From Verrucomicrobiota bacterium (lineage in GTDB: Bacteria; Verrucomicrobiota; Verrucomicrobiia; Limisphaerales; UBA11358): a stretch of DNA of 64,000 nt. This document shows, in pieces, positions 11,301-20,109 of the stretch. Location: NCBI GenBank assembly GCA_049522015.1, contig JBEKOG010000026.1:3548-67547 (forward strand), in the 5' to 3' direction. A model generated the notes under the pieces. It was not told the origin of the DNA and did not search any database. It was given only the letters and a program-made list of their open reading frames with translations. The position numbers and the translations under genes are program-made. Each line of letters starts with the position of its first letter. Within the stretch, counting starts at the first letter, position 1.

Positions 11301-11584
11301 GCCTCTGAACGATCAATCAACCCAAAGCCGGCCAGCTTAAATTCATCCGCAACCTTTTCTAATTCCGCGCGTTCCACCCAATCGTAATTTGTGTCCCCCG
11401 AAACTTCCGCCTGCAACGCCGCCGTGAAATCGGCCATTGCGACAGTGCTGCGATAAGAATCGTCCTCGCAAATAAAATCCATCAGCGCGACGCGTAGAGT
11501 TGGCATTTTCGCGGCAATGCCAGACTGTGCGGGCAGTCGTACCGCCAAAATTACAACCGCCAAAGCTCCGAGAAGTTTTTTCAT
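8303..11584 (-). CDS. Large secreted protein with a CsgG-like N-terminal domain and a propeller-like C-terminal region
   Basis: The 1093-aa ORF has a signal peptide. Its N-terminus 'LRVALMDFICEDD..VERAELEKVADEFKLAGFG' is paralogous to the N-terminus of the 4737-5666 product. An ATGA overlap joins it to the Sel1 gene (8303-8306). The C-terminal half has repeated 'LW.....G....D...G' strands suggesting a beta-propeller. Confidence 0.55.
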   Translation of the reverse strand: MKKLLGALAVVILAVRLPAQSGIAAKMPTLRVALMDFICEDDSYRSTVAMADFTAALQAEVSGDTNYDWVERAELEKVADEFKLAGFGLIDRSEAIRSGRWVKADWGIFGDVSTNWNGNRKLSLEVVDLQRADVLVETNLLLSTTEDGPFRMKSEYMPLVSAALRSLLENAQKISRNLEKQDVVAFLFLPQSGMGGGFDNLENDFRQSLSAASTNSQKFHLVQFQRSGAAMDEANLVLSGLAETDSNSWEKVADHYVWGDARVNDRKIFDWKTRDWQDERKLEVTLNVWDGRGEPQVVVLTVTNETSEAIGKKLTLAVGPLLRRDLTKPIAENIRSRISDSLVARYTGLPMNFSFDSPEGRRQWFDAVQLLETACFFNPGNAAAREQLLRLRWGTALPGYNAESPAAQEEFSRLLLTGYLKSASRNEFFFARRRSKAWGKYVEQFGFTTALAKPNSPSIATEYVLSAWRPFEMFGYSQYNQTQWGVPRDAGLREVTEWQNQFGSEFVSRLLKAPDQFNSTYLEALKGYFKGIGQPGGEQKLLAQLKPAYQGKHSEPTNSPPPPTNTGQKVRLPRVTELDAAKARDIFSVRPMTFSPPLVEPDIQTIPFPSGVQIKGVKSMVFQDDTLWLAVEVAEPLEIKTVNGQIEKEFQPVSTDHIRLWELGANTQKLEPVTGPLATNDINRMMFHGNTLWLVLNDDGIAALNVKTGELRRYESSAGIISTNQFALADISRGIVAIGGLSDLSILENGTDAWKPFLPGIPHQNFMFGGDLRRIAGLKDKLLLYNSQLLLCDFKSNTWTRMVDPPSLDKMGRINSLASDGKENLWIASDSGLHGIDPNTGKIRSQWIPVSPTVQVAGSLAYPGQAPPHKPDSQLVKEIRQKLELRQRLLEARKTDTNQSNLFVPESRLSAGVLSVSPDDDFLWVFTTEAAHPLLYHPGSQSWVGGFSLQSTGNSSTLACGGGKLWLAARPGENFAILEIDAGTLKSTPRERWLPDSISKEELAARISDLPKHERAVYYFFSGDDAAAVKLLQTQVEDELDAESLFLLQLSFAEMGESNQASHFEQKLTEAFPDSVFTKVLSFNELHHNHTIK

Positions 11585-11594
11585 GAATTTTTTG

Positions 11595-12188
11595 TTACAG
11601 GGTTATCGAATTCAAACGCTTGGCTTCAATTTTCAAGCCGCCTTGCGCAAAATTCCGCGCCGAACTGGACCACACAAATTGGTTCCCCTCTAAAATGATG
11701 CCACCTTCCGCGTCCGAAAGAACGGTGATTTTTTGGCCGGCGATTTCGAGTTCCTGGCCGCTGAAAGTCACCAACGACGAACATTGTTTGCCATCGCAGA
11801 TTTTGACCCAGAGCGGCGTTGACATTGGCACGTTCGGCTGGTCGGAAAGCACCAGTTGCAGACCACGCTCATCCTGCACGATGGCGCGGACACGATTGGG
11901 GAAAAGCGTCAACACCTCGCGCAGCATTTTGCCGTTTTGCAACAGCACAAAAGCACCGTTCTTTTCCATCCGACCGTGCCAATGGCCGATGGCAAACGCG
12001 ACCAATATACACATCGCCATCCCCAATCCCCAGGCCAATCGGGGCAGCCAATGCCGCCGGGCGCGGTCCCACACCGGCGGACGATTAAGCCGATTCACAA
12101 CCCGGCGGGGAAACATTTCCCAGAATGCCTCCGGTCGCGCCGGCATCTGCGCTTTCTTCAAGGCGGATTCGAGTTCAGAGTTGTTCAT
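11595..12188 (-). CDS. Putative anti-sigma factor (single-pass membrane protein)
   Basis: The 197-aa ORF overlaps the 3' end of the ECF sigma gene by 14 nt. It has one central TM segment (LAWGLGMAMCILVAFAIGHW). The assignment rests on position only. Confidence 0.45.
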   Translation of the reverse strand: MNNSELESALKKAQMPARPEAFWEMFPRRVVNRLNRPPVWDRARRHWLPRLAWGLGMAMCILVAFAIGHWHGRMEKNGAFVLLQNGKMLREVLTLFPNRVRAIVQDERGLQLVLSDQPNVPMSTPLWVKICDGKQCSSLVTFSGQELEIAGQKITVLSDAEGGIILEGNQFVWSSSARNFAQGGLKIEAKRLNSITL

Positions 12189-12744
12189 GCAAAATTGGTT
12201 GCAACCAGCGTTTTAATTTTTGCCGTGCCGCGAAAACCCGCCACGAAATCGTCGCTTCCGTGCAATTTAAAAGCTTCGCAGCTTCGGCATGGCTGCGATT
12301 TTCATAAACCGTCAAAACAATTGCGGCGCGTTGTTTTGCCGGTAGCTTGTTCAAGGCATTTTGTACGCGGCGCGATAGTTCATCGGGGAATTGGTCGCGT
12401 GAATCGTTTTCAGAAATTGCATTTTCCGCCCATTTCGCATGAACGTCGCCACGGCGGTTTTCCCGCGCGCGCCAGTTCAAACTCAAATTCATGGTGATTT
12501 TGCAGAGCCATGTGGAAAACTTGGCTTCGCCGCGAAACGAATCGAGCTGCCGGAAGGCGCGCAGAAAAGTTTCCTGTGTCAAATCCTCCGCGTCGGCGAG
12601 CGAGCCGGTCATCCGAAATGCCACTGCATGCACCATTTTTTGATGTTGTTTGACAAGCGCAGCATAAGCCTCCGTGTCGCCGGCGAGGCTGTTCTGAATG
12701 TGGTTGAGTTCGTCCGACCCGGCCATGCGCGCCATTTTAACCAT
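12175..12744 (-). CDS. ECF-type RNA polymerase sigma-70 family factor
   Basis: Region 2 reads 'DAEDLTQETFLRAFRQLDSFRGEAKFSTWLCKITMN'. Region 4 is an HTH, 'LPAKQRAAIVLTVYENRSHAEAAKLLNCTEATISWRVFAARQKLKRWL'. Confidence 0.9.
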   Translation of the reverse strand: MVKMARMAGSDELNHIQNSLAGDTEAYAALVKQHQKMVHAVAFRMTGSLADAEDLTQETFLRAFRQLDSFRGEAKFSTWLCKITMNLSLNWRARENRRGDVHAKWAENAISENDSRDQFPDELSRRVQNALNKLPAKQRAAIVLTVYENRSHAEAAKLLNCTEATISWRVFAARQKLKRWLQPILHEQL

Positions 12745-12811
12745 TCAGACAAATCGAGGCAGCAATTCCTTTGAAAAATTTGGAAAGCATGAGAGATTGC
12801 AACAACCGTTT

Positions 12812-13282
12812 ATGTTCGGAACCAACGATCCAAATCAGATGGTGGCCGGGCTGGGCGTGGCATTTTTGCTCCTTGCCGGATTATGGCGGTTTGTCGGCTG
12901 GGTTCGTGAGGCCCCTCAAAAACCGGATCCTTGGGACGCCGAGTTCGAACGAAGGTTGGAGGCCCCGGAAACTCAGGAGGTTTGCTGTCACTGTTCAACT
13001 CCACAAGAACCAGGAGCGTGGTTCTGCAAGCACTGTGGAAGTGCGGTGGGCCCCTATAACAATTTGATGCCTTATGTTCACATCTTCTCTGAAGGTGAGG
13101 TGTTTAGAAATGGTGTCACCGGCCGATTTCGAAACCGGCCGTTTATTTTGATCGGTTACGTCCTGATTACACTGGGGATCAATCCCATCTTCGCGCCGAT
13201 TTACTGGTTCTTGCTTTTGTCCAATCTGAAACATCCGCCCAACGAACAGGAGTCCACTGAAGACCAAGACGTTCAACAATGA
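12812..13282 (+). CDS. Zinc-ribbon membrane protein (hypothetical)
   Basis: The start was moved to the ATG at 12812 (MFGTNDPNQ..), because the listed start at 12698 overlaps the divergent sigma gene. It has one N-terminal TM, a CCHC..CKHCG zinc-ribbon motif and C-terminal TM segments. Confidence 0.45.
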   Translation: MFGTNDPNQMVAGLGVAFLLLAGLWRFVGWVREAPQKPDPWDAEFERRLEAPETQEVCCHCSTPQEPGAWFCKHCGSAVGPYNNLMPYVHIFSEGEVFRNGVTGRFRNRPFILIGYVLITLGINPIFAPIYWFLLLSNLKHPPNEQESTEDQDVQQ

Positions 13283-13418
13283 ATCTTCCGCCGGTGCTTT
13301 GACACGCCGGCAAATTGAGCCAGACGATTTGCCGGCGGCAGGAAGGGCGACCTGTGATTTATTGGAAGGCCAAAGGCTCACCCTGAAGAATTTCGCGGCA
13401 GGAACCGTTCGTTTTGGA

Positions 13419-14144
13419 TCAGGAAACCGCGCTGCTGATTCCGAGCCGTGAGCCGGCCAGGGCCGTTTCATGCCACAGGCTGATGAGTTCACTCAGGCTT
13501 TGCAGCCACGGCAGCACGCGGTTTTCCAGCGCGTTGGAGAGCGGAATCGGGTCTTCCGAATGGCAGGCTTCGTTCACTTCCCTGATAATGGCGGCGATTT
13601 GTTCCAACTGCCACTTGCGGAGTTGGGCGAGCGATGTGCGATTATCGAATGGCTCGCAAGTATTTTCCGGCAACAGGCTCAAGGTAATCACCGGCTCTTT
13701 GAGAATCGAGGCCAGATTCCACCAGACTTCGTGCGCCACCCGGCCATTGTTGATGAGGACCAGTGTGAGAGCGATTTCAACGCATTCCCGGGCAAGGTCG
13801 GTTTGTTGAAACGCCTTCTTGAGCAGCAGGAGGGAAGTCTCTTCCAAAGCGACTGTCCCGGCCTCGACGCGGCAAAAAATTCTTTGATTAAGCAATGGCA
13901 GGGCAAGATTTACCGGCTGCCCATCAACGCTTAAGGAATACAGAATGCGATGTCTTTCCAGGGCGAGCGTTTCGAGATGGCAGCGAATGGCGTTAAGGGA
14001 GCGGTGCCCGGACGGCAGTCTCACCGGCAGACCATCAAGCATTATTTCAACCTCATCACGAGTTTCAGGGGCATCAAATGAGTTTTTGTGCATACTGCTG
14101 TCAAAGTACGCATGCCGTGTGCCCCGAAATGACGGCGGTTCCAA
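13419..14144 (-). CDS. Hypothetical protein
   Basis: The 241-aa ORF is the longest in a region with no competing call, and I recognise no motif. An alternative start is at 14093 (MHKNSF..). Confidence 0.35.
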   Translation of the reverse strand: MEPPSFRGTRHAYFDSSMHKNSFDAPETRDEVEIMLDGLPVRLPSGHRSLNAIRCHLETLALERHRILYSLSVDGQPVNLALPLLNQRIFCRVEAGTVALEETSLLLLKKAFQQTDLARECVEIALTLVLINNGRVAHEVWWNLASILKEPVITLSLLPENTCEPFDNRTSLAQLRKWQLEQIAAIIREVNEACHSEDPIPLSNALENRVLPWLQSLSELISLWHETALAGSRLGISSAVS

Positions 14145-14184
14145 AAGTTATTCACAAATAATTCACAATCCGCGAACCACGAAA

Positions 14185-15108
14185 TCATTTCGCCGGATTT
14201 GCGCCTTTGACGGTCAGGCGAATGGAGTAAAGCGATTTGCTTGCGGCAATGAAGAGCGTTTGATGATCCCTGCCGCCAAAGCTGACGTTTGCCGACCAGG
14301 GTTCCGGCACGTTGATGTGCTCGATTTGTTTGCCGGTTTTGTCGAAAACCGTCACGCCGTTGGTCGGGCTGGTGGCACAAAGGTAAAGGTTGCCTTCTGC
14401 GTCAATCGTCATGCCGTCGGAACCTTTCGGACAAAACAGCGTTTTGTTCGTAAGCAAGCCGTCGGGCAGGATGTCGTAGCGCCAGGTTTGATCCCCCCGA
14501 ATATCGGCAACAAAAAGAGTTTTGCCGTCCGGCGTGCCGGTGATCCCGTTGGGTTTTTTTAAATCCTCAGCCACGGGCACAATTTTTTTCCGGTCGGGCG
14601 AAAGATAAAACACCTTTTCACCGTCCAGCGCCATCGTGTCATGATCCCACCAGGTCCGTTTGTAAAACGGATCGGTGATATACATGCCGCCATCCGGCGC
14701 AACCCAAACGTCGTTCGGGCCGTTGAGATATTTGCCCTGATAGCCTTTGACAAGCACCGTCACTTTTTTATCGGGCGTGACCGACCAAAGCTCGTTCTTC
14801 TCGTCGGCGCAGGCAATGAGATTGCCTTTCGCGTCGAAGTACATTCCATTCGCGCGGCCGGCGGGTTGCATGAACGTGGACAGCTTTCCGTCCACGCTCC
14901 ATTCCAGGATGCGATCATTCGGCTGGTCGGTGAAAAAGACGTTGCCGTTCGCGTCGCACGTCGGGCCTTCGCCGAATTTGAGGTCGCCAGTGAGTTTTTC
15001 AAGTTTCGCGCCGGGTGCGATAACGCTTCCAGCCACGGACGGCGAAAAACCTCCGAGGCCAAAACAAATCCATCCGGCAAGAAGAATCAACGGTTTCTTT
15101 GAAATCAT
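14185..15108 (-). CDS. SMP-30/gluconolactonase/LRE-family beta-propeller protein
   Basis: The start was set at 15108 (MISKKPLILLAGWICFG.., a signal peptide). Motifs are 'GEGPTCDANGNVFFTDQPNDRILEW', 'ANGMYFDAKGNLIACAD' and 'PNGITGTPDGKTLFVADI'. Confidence 0.85.
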   Translation of the reverse strand: MISKKPLILLAGWICFGLGGFSPSVAGSVIAPGAKLEKLTGDLKFGEGPTCDANGNVFFTDQPNDRILEWSVDGKLSTFMQPAGRANGMYFDAKGNLIACADEKNELWSVTPDKKVTVLVKGYQGKYLNGPNDVWVAPDGGMYITDPFYKRTWWDHDTMALDGEKVFYLSPDRKKIVPVAEDLKKPNGITGTPDGKTLFVADIRGDQTWRYDILPDGLLTNKTLFCPKGSDGMTIDAEGNLYLCATSPTNGVTVFDKTGKQIEHINVPEPWSANVSFGGRDHQTLFIAASKSLYSIRLTVKGANPAK

Positions 15109-15293
15109 GCGGGACAATCTGCGCCAGTCAAAAATTTTAGGCGACAAAAAAACGCGCGAAGATTGCAAAGGGAAAAGTTTTCCACTTTTGCCCGCTTCAC
15201 GTTCTTCGCGCGACCTCCGCTTTTTAAGTTTGTTCCTTGTTTTTGGCGGCAAACTGAAGCATTTTGGGAAACGCTGATTTGTATTGTGCGAAT

Positions 15294-15749
15294 ATGCAGC
15301 TTGGAACAAAACGATCTCTGCGTTTTTTGGAAGTTTGGCTCATCAACACCCTTGCGGTGCTGATAGCTTACTACATCGTGCCGGGCATCCACTTCGGCCG
15401 TTGGAGCGATTTATTGATCGCCTCCGCGCTGTTGGGGATTATGAACGCGTTCATCCGGCCCATCCTGATGTTCTTTGCGCTACCGCTGCTGATTTTCACG
15501 CTCGGTCTGTTCACGTTCGTCATCAACGCACTGCTGCTCTATGGCATCGGTTGGCTGATGGGACTGTGGGGACTGCAATTTACGGTGGACACGTTCTGGT
15601 CGGCGTTCTTCGGCGCCTTCATCATCAGCGTCGTGTCGGTCACGCTGAACATTTTGACCGGCACGGGCAGCACACGCGTCACTTTTTCCCACCGCCAGCC
15701 ACCGCCAGGAAAATCGGATATTGACGACGGCCCGGTCATTGACGTTTGA
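15294..15749 (+). CDS. Phage-holin-family-4 / DUF360-like membrane protein
   Basis: The product has four TM segments. 'LINTLAVLIAYYIVPGI....LLIASALLGIMNAFIRPILMFFALPLLIFTLGLFTFVINALLL' matches this family from memory. Confidence 0.65.
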   Translation: MQLGTKRSLRFLEVWLINTLAVLIAYYIVPGIHFGRWSDLLIASALLGIMNAFIRPILMFFALPLLIFTLGLFTFVINALLLYGIGWLMGLWGLQFTVDTFWSAFFGAFIISVVSVTLNILTGTGSTRVTFSHRQPPPGKSDIDDGPVIDV

Positions 15750-15752
15750 AAT

Positions 15753-16394
15753 TCATGCCGGCGTCCGATAAGCCGCGCGCAATGTTTGAATGCCGCGCGC
15801 GCGAAATTCCCGCTCGAAATCCGTGAGCAATTCCACCAGCTCCGGCGGCGTTTCAATCCGCTGAAACTCCTTGCTCGCTCCAAACACGCCGATCATTTGC
15901 GCAAAGTAATCTTCATCGTCGGTTCGCAAATAAACCACGCCGCCCGGAGCGAGCGCGGCGAAAACCAGTTGCGGAAATGATTCGTTGATGAGCCGGTTTT
16001 TATGGTGCCTTTTTTTTGGCCAGGGATCGGGGAAATAGATGTGCAACGCCGATGCCGAATGAGGCGGCAACAGATAGTGCAAAAAATAAGATGATTCGAT
16101 CTGCACGCCGCGCAAATTCGTCAGCCCGGCGCGCTGGCCTTTGCGATCCAGCTTGCGGATGCGACCGAGCAACCGTTCGACGCCGATGAAATTCCGTTCC
16201 GGATGCCGCCGGGCATATTCGGCAAGGAATGAAGCGTCACCGCAGCCCAGCTCGACCTCCAGCGGCTGCGATTTTCGGAAAAGTTCCGCCAGGTCGAGCG
16301 GTTCGACAATGGAACGCAGTTCCACAATCAGGTCGGATGGGTTTGAAGAAGCACTTGCCATTTCAAAAAGCGGAGACGTTGGTTGAGTTTCCAT
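15753..16394 (-). CDS. trmB: tRNA (guanine-N7)-methyltransferase
   Basis: Motifs are 'EVELGCGDASFLAEYARRHPERNFIGVE' and 'IYFPDPWPKKRHHKNRLI'. Confidence 0.9.
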   Translation of the reverse strand: METQPTSPLFEMASASSNPSDLIVELRSIVEPLDLAELFRKSQPLEVELGCGDASFLAEYARRHPERNFIGVERLLGRIRKLDRKGQRAGLTNLRGVQIESSYFLHYLLPPHSASALHIYFPDPWPKKRHHKNRLINESFPQLVFAALAPGGVVYLRTDDEDYFAQMIGVFGASKEFQRIETPPELVELLTDFEREFRARGIQTLRAAYRTPA

Positions 16395-16430
16395 TCGGCG
16401 ATCTGCAATCCGTAATCGAAAATTGAGAAA

Positions 16431-16508
<78 letters not shown>

Positions 16509-16879
16509 GACCATTGGAGCACTGATTCTAGCCTGCCGACCGCCGGTTTCAATCACGAAAACGGTTTGGAGATCCGCCTGGGCGCACCCGGACACTACCA
16601 CCAATGCACGATGCCGCGTCCGAGTGGAACGCCGGATTCATCCGGCAGGTGTGCAACCGGCGCGTGTTGCTGCCGGATAAATCCGGCGTTCCGCGCAGGT
16701 ACGGCATCGTTGCCGGGTGATGGTGTCAAATTGCGCCATTGCCTTCCGACCGGAAATGTTCCGGAGCGCGAGTTGTCCCAACTCGCAGCCGATTCCAACG
16801 CGGAAAATGGTTCGAAAACTTCCAGCGAGGGTTTGCATTCGTGGCGGCTGCGGCTTGGGACAAGCCACGCTCCTAATTC

Positions 16880-17740
16880 TCACCGCCGGCCGCGGGTTGG
16901 AATGATCTTGGGGCGGATCGGCGGCGGCAGCGGAATTTTCGGTGGGATGACCGGCGCAGCCGGCAAAGGCGGAACCTGCGGCGCGAGCGCAGCCGGAGCT
17001 GACGGCTGGGAAGGTTTGACTCCCAACTGCCCGGCTTTCTGCGACAGCCAGTCTTCGGCCTTCGTCACCACCTCGCCGATTTTTGTTTCGGGGAATTTCA
17101 TTTCGCCGATGTTGAACGCGGCAAACGAGCCGAGCGCCTCGGCCATCGGCCCGGCGCCTTTTATCGCGTCGCTTGGGCCAGGCAATGTCTGCCAGGCTTC
17201 GTAGCCGTTCACAATCCATTCGAGCCGGCCGGTTTCGATGTCCACCAAAAAACCATGCACCGGGATTTTCGGGCCGATGAGCGGGCTGTGCCGGACGATG
17301 TCGCACGCCTTGATGACGTTCTGCCGTTCGCTGCCAAACATGCCGAAAAATTCGTTGAGGTTTTCCGGCAGCAGATGCCGCTCAACGCCCAAGGCCTTCA
17401 ATTTGTCGAGCAACTGCATCGCCGTCGTCGTGCAAATCTGGCAGTCCGTGTGGCCGATGATGGCGATTTCCTTGCCGCCCTTGACCGCGCACGCCAGCGC
17501 CAGCGACCGCATGGTGCTGCTCAACGGTCCGGTGATGATGTTGCCCGCGTTGCGCAGCCAGATGAACTCCTCGGCAGGCAACGCCAGCGCGTTCGGAAAT
17601 AACGCATTCAACCGCGGATCAACGCACGTGAGCGCGATGACCGGCAGTTCGTCCGCGAAATCCGCCGGGTGCAGACCGGCATCCGTGTCACCGGCCACCG
17701 CCCGGTGATTCGCATCAATGATGGCTTCGAAGAGGTGCAT
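16880..17740 (-). CDS. Beta-class carbonic anhydrase with a proline-rich C-terminal extension
   Basis: The zinc ligand motifs are C-V-D-P-R (LTCVDPRLN) and H-T-D-C (IGHTDCQI). The C-terminal tail is ..PQVPPLPAAPVIPPKIPLPPPIRP... Confidence 0.7.
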   Translation of the reverse strand: MHLFEAIIDANHRAVAGDTDAGLHPADFADELPVIALTCVDPRLNALFPNALALPAEEFIWLRNAGNIITGPLSSTMRSLALACAVKGGKEIAIIGHTDCQICTTTAMQLLDKLKALGVERHLLPENLNEFFGMFGSERQNVIKACDIVRHSPLIGPKIPVHGFLVDIETGRLEWIVNGYEAWQTLPGPSDAIKGAGPMAEALGSFAAFNIGEMKFPETKIGEVVTKAEDWLSQKAGQLGVKPSQPSAPAALAPQVPPLPAAPVIPPKIPLPPPIRPKIIPTRGRR

Positions 17741-17754
17741 GGTAGGAGTTCACG

Positions 17755-18000
17755 TTATGTGGCGTAAGATTCAAGGAAGCCACATTGTTTGCAACGGAAC
17801 GTGCGGATTTGTAAATTGGCCCGTCTTGTTATGTTCAGCGGTCTAAATTTTAAACCAAAAAAAGTACCACCCCAATCGGGTGTTCCCGCCACCCACTTCG
17901 ATACGTCCAGCCCACGAGGAAAAGCGCATTCAAGAATGTAGCCTTCCTCCATTTGCTTGCCGCATTTCGGACAAATTTTGGTCTGTTCGTTTTCGGCCAT
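17755..18000 (-). CDS. Small zinc-ribbon protein (hypothetical)
   Basis: The 81-aa ORF carries the paired motifs CPKCG ... CKQCG. Confidence 0.4.
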   Translation of the reverse strand: MAENEQTKICPKCGKQMEEGYILECAFPRGLDVSKWVAGTPDWGGTFFGLKFRPLNITRRANLQIRTFRCKQCGFLESYAT

Positions 18001-18009
18001 AATATTTCC

Positions 18010-18243
18010 TCACGTTGCCTTTTTCCACGGCTGCAACGGCGGCGGATCAAAGGCGGGCGCGGGCGGCGCTTTCGGCATCAAAAACCAGAGCGCCAAATAA
18101 ACGATCACCCCGGCAAACGCCGTGAAAATCGTCGCCAAAACCCAGATTACCCGCATGCGGAACGGCGACCACCCGAGATGTTCCGCCAACCCGCCACAAA
18201 CCCCGGCGATCATCCGATTATTTTGCGAACGGCAGACTTTCAT
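18010..18243 (-). CDS. PspC-domain membrane protein
   Basis: 'RSQNNRMIAGVCGGLAEHLGWSPFRMRVIWVLATIF' is the PspC domain signature. It is followed by a TM segment. Confidence 0.7.
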   Translation of the reverse strand: MKVCRSQNNRMIAGVCGGLAEHLGWSPFRMRVIWVLATIFTAFAGVIVYLALWFLMPKAPPAPAFDPPPLQPWKKAT

Positions 18244-18500
18244 TTTCGTTATCCAATTATTTTACCGATGCCTGCTCTTGAACCGAAAGCGCCAGAGGGC
18301 TGGCGCACTCCAAGACGCTCCGCGCCGATTGAAACCGTACAGCAACCGCCAGGTCTTGGACTGCGGTGGCCCTCCACCGCTTTTCATCGGCGATGTCACA
18401 ACCGCTACTTGAACGGCAGACTTTCATAATCTCACTGGGAGGGTCGCCGTGCCGGCGACCCATTATTTGGGGACGGCGACACGCCGTCCCTCCCAATTTT

Positions 18501-18536
18501 GGTAGGGCGCTTTCTCCGAAAGCGCCGCGCCCTACC
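18501..18536 (-). terminator. Palindromic REP hairpin 2 nt downstream of the flotillin stop codon, a possible terminator
   Basis: The sequence GGTAGGGCGC-tttctccgaaagcgccg-CGCCCTACC has the same arms (GGTAGGGCGCG/CGCGCCCTACC) as the element at 26065-26139. There is no U-tract, so the terminator function is inferred. Confidence 0.35.
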
Positions 18537-18538
18537 TG

Positions 18539-20062
18539 TTATTTGCCTTTATCGTCGTCCTTGCCCATCGCCTTTTTCAGCGCGGGAACCTGTTCCAGCA
18601 ATTTCTCGAACTTCACGCCGGTCAGAGCTTCCAACACGGGCGGTAACTGGCTGATGATGGTGGTCACATCGCCGGTCAGCTTGCTCGCGCCGCCGCCGGG
18701 GCCGTTGCCGCTGTTGATGATGACCATCTTCTCCATCTTCGCCAGCGGTTCGCTGATCTTGCCCGCGATTTCCGGCATCACCCGTACGATCATTTCGATG
18801 ACCGCCGCTTCGTTGTATTGTTTGAAGCTCTCGGCCTTCACGCGCATCGCTTCGGCGGTCGCCTTGCCTTGCGCCTCAATGACGGCGGCCTCGGCCAGAC
18901 CGCGCGCCTTGTTCGCATCGGCTTCGGCCAGACCCGTGGCTTTCACGACGTCGGCACCGGCAAAACCGGTCGCTTTCGTCGCGGACGCCGCGCCGGCCGC
19001 CTCGGTTTCGAGCTGGAATTTCTTCGCGTTGGCCAGCGTCTCGACCTTGTAACGCTCGGCGTCGGCGGGTTTCTGGACATTGGCTTCGAGTTCGCGCTGT
19101 TTGCGCTGGATTTCCTGCTGCTGCAACTCGATTTGCTTTTGCTTCTCGATGATTTGCACCTGAACTTCCTCGGCCTTCACGAGCTGGCCGGTCTTAAATT
19201 TCTGCAAATCATACGCGAGGTCGGCCTGGGCCTTCTGCTGGTTCACCGCCGCCTGGTATTGCGCGACGTTGGATTGGTAATTGCGTTGCGCCTCGGCAAC
19301 TTTCGTGTCGGCGACGAACTTCGCTTCCTGCCCCGCCTGATTCGCCTGCGCGGATCGAATCTGCGCATCGCGGTCGGCTTCGGCCTGGGCGATGATGGCG
19401 TCGCGTTTGACCTGGGCGATGCGCGGTTTGCCGAGCGCGTCGAGGTAGCCTTGCGTGTCGCGGATGTCGCGGATGGTAAAGCTGACAATGCCGAGACCCA
19501 TGTTGGCCATGTCGCCCGCCGCCACTTCCTGGACTTTCTGGGCGAAGGCGTCGCGGTTTTGATAAATTTCCTCGACCGTCATCGTGCCGAGAATCGCGCG
19601 CAAATGACCTTCGAGCGTTTGCATGGCGATGTTTTTGATGTCGTCAACGCCTTTACTGAGAAATTGTTCGGCAGCCGTGGCAATGGAGATGTCATCGCCC
19701 TTGACCTTGATTTGGGCCACGCCGTCCACCTTCACCGGCACACCTTTGCTCGTATAGACCTCCGGCGTCTGCACGTCAATGGTCAGCAGTTCGAGCGAGA
19801 GGATATCCACCTTTTCGTATACCGGCCAAACGAACCGGCCGCCGCCTTTGACGATGCGGAACCCGACATCACGCGCGGTGCCATCGGGATCGATGATCTG
19901 TCGTTTGCGGCCGGAAATGACCAGCACCTGGTTGGGACCGACCTTGGTGTAGCGGCTGGCCCAGAGGCCAAGCAACATGAAAAGGACAATGACGACCGCG
20001 ATGACTCCACCGATGACATAGGCGGTGAAGGTGATGTCGGCCAGGAGGATTGGGGTAACCAT
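18539..20062 (-). CDS. Flotillin-like SPFH/Band-7 protein
   Basis: It has an N-terminal TM and an SPFH domain (..VISGRKR..GGRFVWPVYEKVDILSLE..). A long Ala/Glu/Gln-rich coiled region follows (AQAEADRDAQIRSAQANQAGQEAKF..). Confidence 0.9.
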   Translation of the reverse strand: MVTPILLADITFTAYVIGGVIAVVIVLFMLLGLWASRYTKVGPNQVLVISGRKRQIIDPDGTARDVGFRIVKGGGRFVWPVYEKVDILSLELLTIDVQTPEVYTSKGVPVKVDGVAQIKVKGDDISIATAAEQFLSKGVDDIKNIAMQTLEGHLRAILGTMTVEEIYQNRDAFAQKVQEVAAGDMANMGLGIVSFTIRDIRDTQGYLDALGKPRIAQVKRDAIIAQAEADRDAQIRSAQANQAGQEAKFVADTKVAEAQRNYQSNVAQYQAAVNQQKAQADLAYDLQKFKTGQLVKAEEVQVQIIEKQKQIELQQQEIQRKQRELEANVQKPADAERYKVETLANAKKFQLETEAAGAASATKATGFAGADVVKATGLAEADANKARGLAEAAVIEAQGKATAEAMRVKAESFKQYNEAAVIEMIVRVMPEIAGKISEPLAKMEKMVIINSGNGPGGGASKLTGDVTTIISQLPPVLEALTGVKFEKLLEQVPALKKAMGKDDDKGK

Positions 20063-20109
20063 AGTGTTCCTTTAGTTGTAAGTTTTAATTGGAGTGGCTG
20101 TTGGGTGGT

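Noticed and set aside
12745-12811. A candidate ECF-type promoter (GGAAT-N14-GTCT) upstream of the sigma factor gene.
   Set aside because: The match to GGAAC-N16/17-CGT is poor and it abuts the first possible start codon, so it cannot be supported from sequence alone.
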